This document shows, piece after piece, positions 42,434-55,306 of a DNA stretch of 64,000 nucleotides (its first letter is position 1; every line of letters begins with the position of its first letter). The DNA is taken from assembly GCF_009914755.1 (NCBI RefSeq), contig NC_060940.1; one strand, written 5' to 3'. Origin of the DNA: the human T2T-CHM13v2.0 reference genome, Homo sapiens. The position numbers were made by a program, and so were the translations under genes. The notes below the pieces were generated by a model. The model was not told where the DNA came from. It saw nothing but the letters and a program-made list of their open reading frames with translations, and did not search any database.

Positions 42434-45400
42434 GACTCGATTCCATTTGATGATTATTCCATTGGAGTCCACTTAGTGAATCCTTTAGATTCTACTCGAA
42501 GATGATTCCATTCGAGTCCATTCGATGATACCATTCAATTCCATTCGTTGATGCTTCCATTCAAGTGCAGTCGATGATATCATTCGATTCCATTTGATGA
42601 TAATTCCATTTGATTCCATGCGATGATTCTATTCGATTCCATTCAATGATAATTCCATTCAATTCAGTGATTCCTCTGGACTCCATTTGATGATGATTCC
42701 ATTCAATGATTCCATTCGATTCTATTCGAAAATGATTCCATTTGAATCCATTTGATGACGATTCCATTCCATTCCATTTGATGATTCCATTCTATTCTAT
42801 TCGATGATGATTCCATTCGATTCCATTCGATGATGATTGGATTCGATTCCATTTGATGATTTCATTTGATTCCATTCGTTAATGATTTCGATCAATTCCA
42901 TTCGATGATTCCATTCGATTCCATTCGATAATGATTACATCCGAGTCCATTCGATGATTCCCTTTGAGCCTCTTCGATAATTCCATTTGAGTCCAACCAA
43001 TGATTCCATTCATTTCCATTCAATGATTCCATTCGAGTCCATTTGATCATTCCGGTAGGGTCCATTCGATGTTGATTCCATTGGAGTGCATTCGATGATT
43101 CCATTCGAGTCCATTTTAGGATTTGATTCGAGTCCTTTCGATGATTCCATTCGATTCCACTCGATGATGATTTCATTCGAGTCCATTCGACACTTCCAAT
43201 CGATTCCATTTGATGATTCCATTCGAGTCCAATTGATGATTCCATTCAATTCCATTCGATGATGATTCCGTACGATTCCATTCTGTGATGATTCCATGTG
43301 ATTGCATTCAATGATGATTCCATTCGATTGCATTCGATTATGATTCATTTCGTGTTCATTCTATGGTTCCACAGGTTTCCATTCGTGTCCATTCCATTAT
43401 TCCATTCTATTCCATTTGATGATGATTCCATTCGATTCCATTCATTGGTGATTCCACTCAATTCCATTCAATGATTCCATTCCATTTCTTTCAACAATGA
43501 TTCCATTAGTTTCTAATCGATGATCCACTTGATTCCATTTGACGACGATTCCATTCTTGTCCATTCGATGATTCCATTTGATTCCATATGATGATGATTC
43601 CATTCGATTCCATACCATGATGATTCCATTCGAGTCCATTCAATGGTGATTCCATTCAATTCCATTCGATGATTCCTTTCGATTCCATTCGATGATGATG
43701 GCATTTGATTCCTTTCAATCATTCCCTTTGATTCCATTCAAAGGTGATTTCATTCAAGTCCATTCGATAATTGCATTCGATTCCATTCTATGATGATTCC
43801 ATTCGAGTCCATTTGATGATTCCATTCAATTCAAGTCAATGATGATTCCATTCGATTCCATTCGATTATTCCATTGGATTCCATTCGATGATGATTCCAT
43901 TCAAATCCATTCGATAATTCAATTCAAGTCCATTCGATGAAGATTCCAATCGAATCCATTCAAAGATTCCATTCAGTTCCATTCGATGATTCCCTTAGAT
44001 TCCATTCGATGATTCCACTTGATTGCATTTACGATGATTCCATTCGATTCCATGTGATGATTCCATTCAATTCTATTCAATGGTGTCTCCATTTGATTCC
44101 ATTCGACCATGATTGCCTTTGATTCCATTCAATGATTCCATTCGGTTCCGTTTGATGATGATTCCGTTCGATTCCATTTGATGATTCCATTTGATTCCAT
44201 TGGATGAGTCCATTCGATTACATTCGATGATTATTCCATTCGAGTGCATTAGATGATTCCATTCGAGTCCATTCGATGATTCCATTCGATTCCATTCGAT
44301 GTTGATTCTGTTCAAATCCATTCGATGATTCCACTCGATTCCATTCGATGACTCCATTTGATCCCATTCGATGATTTCCTTTGATTCCCTTTGATGATCA
44401 TTCCATTTGATTCAATTCGGTGATTTCATTTGATTCCATTCAGTGATGTTTCCATTCGACTCCATTCGATGATGATTCCATTCGACTCCATTCGTTTATG
44501 ATTTCATTAAATTCCATTCGATAATGATTCCCTTCGAGTCCATTCGATGATTCCATTCGATTCCATTCAATGATGATTTGATTCGTGTCCATTCGATGAT
44601 TCCATTTGATTCCACTTGATGATGATTCCATTCGAGTCCATTTGATGATTCCATTCAATTCCATACTCCGATGATTTCTTTTGAGCCCATTCAATGCTTC
44701 CACTCGATTCCATATGATGACTCCATTCGATGAAATTCGATGATGATTCCATTCGCTTGCTTTCGATGATGATTCCACTTGAGTCCGTTAGAAGATTCTA
44801 TTCAATTACATTCCATGACGATTCCGTTCGAGTCCATTTGATGATTCCATTAGACTCCATTCGACGATGATTCCATTCGATGTTATTCGATGATTCCATT
44901 CGATCTCATTCGATGATGATTCCATTGAACTCCATTCGATGTTTCCATTCGAGTTCATTCTATTATTCCATTGGATTCCATTCGATGATGATTCCATTCG
45001 ATTCCATTTGATGATTGCATTCTATTTCATTTGATGATGATTCCATTCGAGTCCACTCGATGATTCCATTCGAGTCCATTTAATGAATCCATTGGTTTCA
45101 ATTCTATGATGATTACATTGGATTCCATTCGTTGATGATTTCATTCGGTTCCATTCAATGATGATTCTATTCAATTCCTTTCAATGTTTCCATTCAATTC
45201 CATACGATGATGATTCCATTTGATTTGATTCGACAGTGAGCCATTCGATTCAATTCCATGATGATTCTATTTTATTCAATTGGTTGACATTTCCATTCGA
45301 TTCCATTCGATAATGATTCCCTTTGATTCCATTCAAAGATGATTCCATTCTAGCCCATTCAATCATTCCATTCGATTCTATTCAATGATGATTCCATTCA

Positions 45401-48400
45401 TGTCGATTTGGTGATTCCATTTGACTTCATTTGATGATGATTCCTTTCAAGTTCATTAGATGATTCCATTCGATTCCATTTGATGATGATCCCATTCGAG
45501 TCCATTCAGTGATTCCATTCGTTTCCATTCCATGATGATTCCATTCCATTCCATTCAATGATTCCATTCGATTCCGTTTGATGATGATTTCATTCGAGTC
45601 CATTTGATGATTCCATTTGATTCCATTCGATGATGATTCCATTCGAGTCCATTCGATGATTCTATTCGAATCCATTTGATGATTTCTTTTGATTATAGTT
45701 GGTGATGATTCCATTGGAGTCCATTCAATGATTCCATTCGATTCCAATCGATGGTGATTCCATTAGAGTCCATTTAATGATTCCATTTGATTCCAGTCTC
45801 TGATGATTACATTCGAGTCCATACGATGATTCCACTCAATTCCATATGAGGATGATTCCATTCGATTCCATTCGATGATTCCATTCTATTCTATTCAATG
45901 GTGATTCCATTCAAGTACATTAGATGATTCCATTCGATTCCATTCAATGATGATTCTATTTGTGTCCCTTAGATGATTCCACATGATTCCATTAGATGAT
46001 GATACTATTTGAGCCCATCCAATGATTCCCCTCGATTCCATTCGATGAGGATTCCATTCGATTCAATTCATTGGTGATTCTATTCAATTCAATTCTTTGA
46101 TTCCATTCCATTCCATTCGACAATGATTCCATTCGATTTCTTTCGATGATTCCACTCGATTCCACTTGACATTGATTCCATTCAATTCCATTCAATGATT
46201 CCATTTGATTCCAGTGGATGATGATTGCCATCGATTCCATTCGATCACTCCATTCTATTCCATTTGATGATGATTACATTCGATTCCATTTGATGATTCC
46301 ATCTGATTCTATTCGAGGATTCCATTTGATTCCATTCGATGATTATTCCATTCGAGTCCATTCGATGATTTCATTCGAGTACATCCAATGATTCCATTGG
46401 AGTCCATTTGATGATTCCATTTGATTCCATTTGATTATGATTCTACTAGAGTCCATTCAATGACTCCATTCGAGTCCATTCAACAATTCCATTCGACTCC
46501 ATTCGATGATTCCATTCGATTCCATTTGATGATTCCATTCGAGTCCATTTAATCATTACAGTCGAGTCCATTTGGTGATTCCGCTGGATTTCCTTTGATA
46601 ATGATACCATTCAATTACATTTGATGATGATCCCATTCAATTTCATTTGATGATGATTCCATTAGAGTCCATTCGATGATTTTATTCGAGTCCCTTCATT
46701 GATTCCATCCGATTTCATTGGATGATGACTCCATTCGAGTCCATTCGATGATTCCACTCGATTCCATTAGATGATTCCATTGGAGTCCATTTGATTGTTC
46801 CTTTCGATTCCATTCGATTCCTTTCGAAGATTATTCCATTTGAGTCCATTCGATGATGATTCCATTCCATTCCATTCGATGATTCCGTTTGATTCCATTC
46901 GATGATTCCCTTCGATTCCTTTCTTTGATGATTCCATTCCATTCCATTCAATGATTCCATTCGAATCTATTCCATGATGATTCCTTTCGTTTCCATTCGC
47001 TGATGTTTCCATTCAATTCCGTTCGATGATGATTCCATTCGATTCCATTCATTGAGGATTCCATTTGATTCCATTCAATGATGATTCCCTTCTATTCCAT
47101 TCAAAGATTGCATTCAATTCCATTCAATGATTATCCCATTAGAGTAAACTCAACGATTCCATTCAATACCATTCGATGATGATTCCTTTTGAGTCCATTC
47201 AATGATTTCATTCAAGTCCATTTGATGATTCCTTTCAATTCCATTCTATGATGATTCCATTCGAGTCCATTCGATGATTCCATTCGATTGCATTCGATGA
47301 TTCCATTATATTCCATTCAACGATGAATCCATTCGAGTCCATTCGATGATTCCATTAGAGTACATTTAATGATTGCTTTGTTTTCAATTCGAAGATGATT
47401 ACATTCGATTCCATTCTATGATACCATTCGATTCCATTCAATGATGACTCCACTCAAATCCATTGGATGATTCCATTCGTGTCCATTCGGTGATTTCATT
47501 AGATTCCTTTCGAGGATGATTCCATTCGATTCCATTCGATGATTCCATTCAATTCCATTCGATGATGATTCCATTCCAGTCCATATGATCATTCCATTTG
47601 ATTTCATTCGATGATGATTCCATTCGATTCGATTCGACGATTCCATTCTATTCCATTCGATGATGATTCCATTCGAGTCCATTCGATGATTCCATTCGAG
47701 TCCATTTAATGATTCCATTGGGTTCAATTCAATGATGATTACATTTGATTCCGTTCTATGATTCCATTCAGTTCCGTTCATTGACAATTTGATTCCATTC
47801 GATGATGATTCCATTTGAGTTCATTCGATGATTCTATTCGATTTTCTTCGATGGTGACTCAATTCTATTATATTGGATGATTCCATTCGATTCCATTTGA
47901 TGTTGATTCAATTCGATTCTATTCGATGATGATTCCATTGGATTTCACTTGATGATTCTATTCGATTCCATTCAATGATGATTCACTTCTCGTCCATTGG
48001 ATGATTCCATTTCATTCCATTTGATGATGATTCCATTCGATTCCATTCGATGATTCCATTTGATTCCATGCGACGGTGAGCAATTCGATTCAATTCCATG
48101 ATGATTCTATTTGATTCAATTAGATGATGTTTCCATTCGAATCCATTCCATGATTATTCCATTGGAATCCATTCGGCGATGATTCCATATGAGTCAATTC
48201 AATGATGATTCCATATGGGTCCGTTCGATGATAATTCCATTTGATTTCATTCGATGCTTCTATTCAATTCCAGTCGATGATGATTCCGTTGGAGTCCATA
48301 CGATGATTCCATTTGATTTCATTTCATGATGATTCCATTCGATGACGATTACATTGGATTCCATTCTATGATTCCATTCAATTCCATTCGTTGATGATTC

Positions 48401-48493
48401 GATTCCATTCAATGATGATTCCATTTGAGTTCATTCGATGATTCTATTGGATTCCGTTCGATGGTGATTCAATTCTCTTATATTGGATGATTC
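42434..48493 (+). repeat. Higher-order unit copy 7 (6060 bp)
   Basis: Marker at 42434 and 48494. Two-GAT allele at ~44715, as in copies 1 and 2. Confidence 0.93.
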
Positions 48494-51400
48494 GACTCGA
48501 TTCCATTTGATGATTATTCCATTGGAGTCCACTTAGTGAATCCTTTAGATTCTACTCGAAGATGATTCCATTCGAGTCCATTCGATGATACCATTCAATT
48601 CCATTCGTTGATGCTTCCATTCAAGTGCAGTCGATGATATCATTCGATTCCATTTGATGATAATTCCATTTGATTCCATGCGATGATTCTATTCGATTCC
48701 ATTCAATGATAATTCCATTCAATTCAGTGATTCCTCTGGACTCCATTTGATGATGATTCCGTTCAATGATTCCATTCGATTCTATTCGAAAATGATTCCA
48801 TTTGAATCCATTTGATGACGATTCCATTCCATTCCATTTGATGATTCCATTCTATTCTATTCGATGATGATTCCATTCGATTCCATTCGATGATGATTGG
48901 ATTCGATTCCATTTGATGATTTCATTTGATTCCATTCGTTAATGATTTCGATCAATTCCATTCGATGATTCCATTCGATTCCATTCGATAATGATTACAT
49001 CCGAGTCCATTCGATGATTCCCTTTGAGCCTCTTCGATAATTCCATTTGAGTCCAACCAATGATTCCATTCATTTCCATTCAATGATTCCATTCGAGTCC
49101 ATTTGATCATTCCGGTAGGGTCCATTCGATGTTGATTCCATTGGACTGCATTCGATGGTTCCATTCGAGTCCATTTTAGGATTTGATTCGAGTCCTTTCG
49201 ATGATTCCATTCGATTCCACTCGATGATGATTTCATTCGAGTCCATTCGACACTTCCAATCGATTCCATTTGATGATTCCATTCGAGTCCAATTGATGAT
49301 TCCATTCAATTCCATTCGATGATGATTCCGTACGATTCCATTCTGTGATGATTCCATGTGATTGCATTCAATGATGATTCCTTTCGATTGCATTCGATTA
49401 TGATTCATTTCGTGTTCATTCTATGGTTCCACAGGTTTCCATTCGATGACGTTTCCGTTCGTGTCCATTCCATTATTCCATTCTATTTCATTTGATGATG
49501 ATTCCATTCGATTCCATTCATTGGTGATTCCACTCAATTCCATTCAATGATTCCGTTCCATTTCTTTCAACAATGATTCCATTAGTTTCTATTCGATGAT
49601 CCACTTGATTCCATTTGGCGATGATTCCATTCGTGTCCATTCGATGATTCCATTTGATTCCATATGATGATGATTCCATTCGATTCCATACGATGATGAT
49701 TCTATTCGAGTCCATTCAATGGTGATTCCATTCAATTCCATTCGATGATTCCTTCCGATTCCATTCGATGATGATGGCATTCGATTCCTTTCAATCATTC
49801 CCTTTGATTCCATTCAAAGGTGATTTCATTCAAGTCCATTCGATAATTGCATTCGATTCCATTCTATGATGATTCCATTCGAGTCCATTTGATGATTCCA
49901 TTCAATTCAAGTCAATGATGATTCCATTCGATTCCACTCGATGATTCCATTGGATTCCATTCGATGATGATTCCATTCAAATCCATTCGATAATTCAATT
50001 CAAGTCCATTCGATGATGATTCCAATCGAATCCATTCAAAGATTCCATTCAATTCCATTCGATGATGATTCCCTTAGATTCCATTCGATGATTCCACTTG
50101 ATTCCATTTACGATGATTCCATTCGATTCCATGTGATGAATCCATTCAATTCTATTCAATGATGTTTCCATTTGATTCCATTGGACCATGATTGCCTTTG
50201 ATTCCATTCAATGATTCCATTCGGTTCCATTTGATGATGATTCCGTTCGATTCCATTTCATTATTCCATTTGATTCCATTGGATGAGTCCATTCGATTAC
50301 ATTCGATGATTATTCCATTCGAGTGCATTAGATGATTGCATTCGAGTCCATTCGATGATTCCATTCGATTCCATTCGATGTTGATTCTGTTCAAATCCAT
50401 TCGATGATTCCACTCGATTCCATTCGATGACTCCATTTGATCCCATTCGATGATTTCCTGTGATTCCCTTTGATGATCATTCTATTTGATTCAATTCGGT
50501 GATTTCATTTCATTCCATTCAGTGATGTTTCCATTCGACTGTATTCCATGATGATTCCATTCGACTCCATTCGATTATGATTTCATTCAATTCCATTCAA
50601 TAATGATTCCCTTCGAGTCCATTCGATGATTCCATTCGATTCCATTCAACGATGATTTGATTCGTTTCCATTCGATGATTCCATTGGATTCCATTCGATG
50701 ATGATTCCATTCAAATCCATTCGATAATTCAATTCAAGTCCATTCAATGATGATTCCAATCGAATCCATTCAAAGATTCCATTCAGTTCCATTCGATGAT
50801 TCCCTTAGATTCCATTCGATGATTCCACTTGATTCCATTTACGATGATTCCATTCGATTTCATGTGATGATTCCATTCAATTCTATTCAATGATGTTTCC
50901 ATTTGATTCCATTCGACCATGATTGCCTTTGATTCCATTCAATGATTGCATTCGGTTCCTTTTGATGATGATTCCGTTCGATTCCATTTGATGATTCCAT
51001 TTGATTCCATTGGATGAGTTTATTCGATTACATTCGATGATTATTCCATTCGAGTGCATTAGATGATTCCATTCGAGTCCATTCGATGATTCCATTCGAT
51101 TCCATTCGATGTTGATTCTGTTCAAATCCATTCGATGATTCCACTCGATTCCATTCGATGACTCCATTTTATCCCATTCGATGATTTCCTGTGATTCCCT
51201 TTGATGATCATTCCATTTGATTCAATTCGGTGATTTCATTTGATTCCATTCAGTGACGTTTCCATTCCACTCCATTCGATGATGATTCCATTCGACTCCA
51301 TTCGATTATGATTTCATTCAATTCCATTCGATAATGATTCCCTTCGAGTCCATTCGATGATTCCATTCGATTCCATTCAACGATGATTTGATTCGTGTCC

Positions 51401-54400
51401 ATTCGATGATTCCATTTGATTCCACTTGATGATGATTCCATTCGAGTCCATTTGATGATTCCATTCAATTCCATTCTCCGATGATTTCTTTTGAGCCCAT
51501 TCAATGCTTCCACTCGATTCCATATGATGATGACTCCATTCGATGAAATTCGATGATGATTCCATTCGCTTGCGTTCGATGATGATTCCACTTGAGTCCG
51601 TTAGAAGATTCTATTCAATTACATTCCATGACGATTCCATTCGAGTCCATTTGATGATTACATTAGACTCCATTCGACGATGATTCCATTCGATGTTATT
51701 CGATGATTCCATTCGATCTCATTCGATGATGATTCCATTCAACTCCATTCGATGTTTCCATTCGAGTTCATACTATTATTCCATTAGATTCCATTCGATG
51801 ATGATTCCATTCGATTCCATTTGATGATTGCATTCTATTTCATTTAATGATGATTCCATTCGAGTCCACTCGATGATTCCATTCGAGTCCATTTAATGAA
51901 TCCATTGGTTTCAATTCTATGATGATTACTTTGGATTCCATTCGTTGATGATTTCATTCGGTTCCATTCAATGATGATTCCATTCAATTCCTTTCAATGT
52001 TTCCATTCAATTCCATACGATGATGATTCCATTTGATTTGATTCGACAGTGAGCCATTCGATTCAATTCCATGATGATTCTATTTGATTCAATTGGTTGA
52101 CATTTCCATTCGATTCCATTCGATGATGATTCCCTTTGATTCCATTCAAAGATGATTTCATTCTAGCCCATTCAATCATTCCATTCGATTCTATTCAATG
52201 ATGATTCCATTCATGTCGATTTGGTGATTCCATTTGACTTCATTTGATGATGATTCCTTTCAAGTTCATTAGATGATTCCATTCGATTCCATTTGATGAT
52301 GATCCCATTCGAGTCCATTCAGTGATTCCATTCGTTTCCATTCCATGATGATTCCATTCCATTCCATGCAATGATTCCATTCGATTCCGTTTGATGATGA
52401 TTTCATTCGAGTCCATTTGATGATTCCATTTGATTCCATTCGATGATGATTCCATTCGAGTCCATTCGATGATTCTACTCGAATCCACTTCATGATTTCT
52501 TTTGATTATAGTTGGTGATGATTCCATTGGAGTCCATTCAATGATTCCATTCGATTCCAATCGATGGTGATTCCATTAGAGTCCATTTAATGATTCCATT
52601 TGATTCCAGTCTCTGATGATTACATTCGAGTCCATACGATGATTCCACTCAATTCCATATGATGATGATTCCATTCGATTCCATTCGATGATTCCATTCT
52701 ATTCTATTCAATGGTGATTCCATTCGAGTACATTAGATGATTCCATTCGATTCCATTCAATGATGATTCTATTTGTGTCCCTTAGATGATTCCACATGAT
52801 TCCATTAGATGATGATACTATTTGAGCCCATCCAATGATTCCCTTCGATTCCATTCGATGAGGATTCCATTCGATTCAATTCATTGGTGTTTCTATTCAA
52901 TTCAATTCTTTGACTCCATTCCATTCCATTCGACAATGATTCCATTCGATTTCTTTCGATGATTCCACTCGATTCCACTTGACATTGATTCCATTCGATT
53001 CCATTCAATGATTCCATTTGATTCCAGTGGATGATGATTGCCATCGATTCCATTCGATCACTCCATTCTATTCCATTTGATGATGATTACATTCGATTCC
53101 ACTTGATGATTCCATCTGTTTCTATTCGAGGATTCCATTTGATACCTTTCGATGATGATTCCATTCGAGTCCATTCGATGATTTCATTCGATTACATACA
53201 ATGATTCCATTCGAGTCCATTTGATGATTCCATTTGATTCCATTTGATAATGATTCTACTAGAGTCCATTCAATGACTCCATTGGAGTCCATTCAACAAT
53301 TCCATTCGACTCCATTCGATGATTCCATTCGAGTCCATTTGATGATTCCATTCGAGTCCATTTAATCATTACAGTCGAGTCCATTTGGTGATTCCACTGG
53401 ATTTCTTTTGATAATGATACCATTCAATTACATTTGATGATGATCCCATTCAATTTCATTTGATGATGATTCCATTAGAGTCCATTCGATGATTTCATTC
53501 GAGTCCCTTCATTGATTCCATCCGATTTCATTGGATGATGACTCCATTCGAGTCCATTCGATGATTCCACTCGATTCCATTAGATGATTCCATTGGAGTC
53601 CATTTCATTGTTCCATTCGATTCTATTCGATTCCTTTCGAAGATTATTCCATTTGAGTCCATTCGATGATGATTCCATTCCATTCCATTCGATGATTCCG
53701 TTTGATTCCATTCGATGATTCCCTTCGATTCCTTTCTTTGATGATTCCATTCCATTCCATTCAATGATTCCTTTCGAATCTATTCCATGATGATTCCTTT
53801 CGATTCCATTCGCTGATGTTTCTGTTCAATTCCATTCGATGATGATTCCATTCGATTCCATTCATTGAGGATTCCATTTGATTCCATTAAATGATGATTC
53901 CGTTCTATTCCATTCAATGATTGCATTCAATTCCATTCAATGATTATCCCATTAGAGTAAACTCAACGATTCCATTCAATACCATTCGATGATGATTCCT
54001 TTTGAGTCCATTCAATGATTTCATTCAAGTCCATTTAATGATTCCTTTCAATTCCATTCTATGATGATTCCATTCGAGTCCATTCGATGATTCCATTCGA
54101 TTGCATTCGATGATTCCATTATATTCCATTCAACGATGATTCCATTCGAGTCCATTCGATGATTCCATTAGAGTATATTTAATGATTGCTTTGTTTTCAA
54201 TTCGAAGATGATTACATTGGATTCCATTCTATGATACCATTCGATTCCATTCAATGATGATTCCACTCAAATCCATTGGATGATTCCATTCGTGTCCATT
54301 CGGTGATTTCATTACATTCCATTCGAGGATGATTCCATTCGATTCCATTCGATGATTCCATTCAATTCCATTCGATGATGATTCCATTCCAGTCCATATG

Positions 54401-55306
54401 ATCATTCCATTTGATTTCATTCGATGATGATTCCATTCGATTCCATTCGATGATTCCATTCTATTCCATTCGATGATGATTCCATTCGAGTCCATTCGGT
54501 GATTCCGTTCGAGTCCATTTTATGATTCCATTGGGTTCAATTCAATGATGATTACATTGGATTCCGTTCTATGATTCCATTCAATTCCGTTCATTGACAA
54601 TTTGATTCCATTCGATGATGATTCCATTTGAGTTCATTCGATGATTCTATTCGATTCTCTTCGATGGTGATTCAATTCTATTATATTGGATGATTCCATT
54701 CGATTCCATTTGATGTTGATTCAATTCGATTCTATTCGATGATGATTCCATTGGATTTCACTTGATGATTGTATTCGATTCCATTCAATGATGATTCACT
54801 TCTCGTCCATTGGATGATTCCGTTTCATTCCATTCGATGATGATTCCATTCGATTCCTTTCGATGATTCCATTTGATTCCATGCGACGGTGAGCAATTCG
54901 ATTCAATTCCATGATGATTCTATTTGATTCAATTAGATGATGTTTCCATTCGAATCCATTCCATGATTATTCCATTGGAATCCATTTGGCGATGATTCCA
55001 TATGAGTCAATTCAATGATGATTCCATATGGGTCCGTTCGATGATAATTCCATTTGATTTCATTCGATGCTTCTATTCAATTCCAGTCGATGATGATTCC
55101 GTTGGAGTCCATACGATGATTCCATTTGATTTCATTTGATGATGATTCCATTCGATGATGATTACACTGGATTCCATTCTATGATTCCATTCAATTCCAT
55201 TCGTTGATGATTCGATTCCATTCAATGGTGTTTCCATTTGAGTTCATTCGATGATTCTATTCGATTCCGTTCGATGGTGATTCAATTCTATTATATTGGA
55301 TGATTC
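48494..55306 (+). repeat. Long-variant unit copy 8 (6813 bp)
   Basis: Marker at 48494 and 55307. 6063 + 16 (49445-49460) + 3 (~50065) + 731 (duplication) = 6813, matching ORF offset 45992 to 52805. Confidence 0.92.
49933..51397 (+). repeat. Internal tandem duplication (734 + 731 bp) in copy 8
   Basis: The MESSNGIEWNHRMDLNRIN ORF appears at 50152 and 50883 (+731). Junction GATTTGATTCGTTTCCATTCGATGATTCCATTGG at ~50654-50687. Confidence 0.9.
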
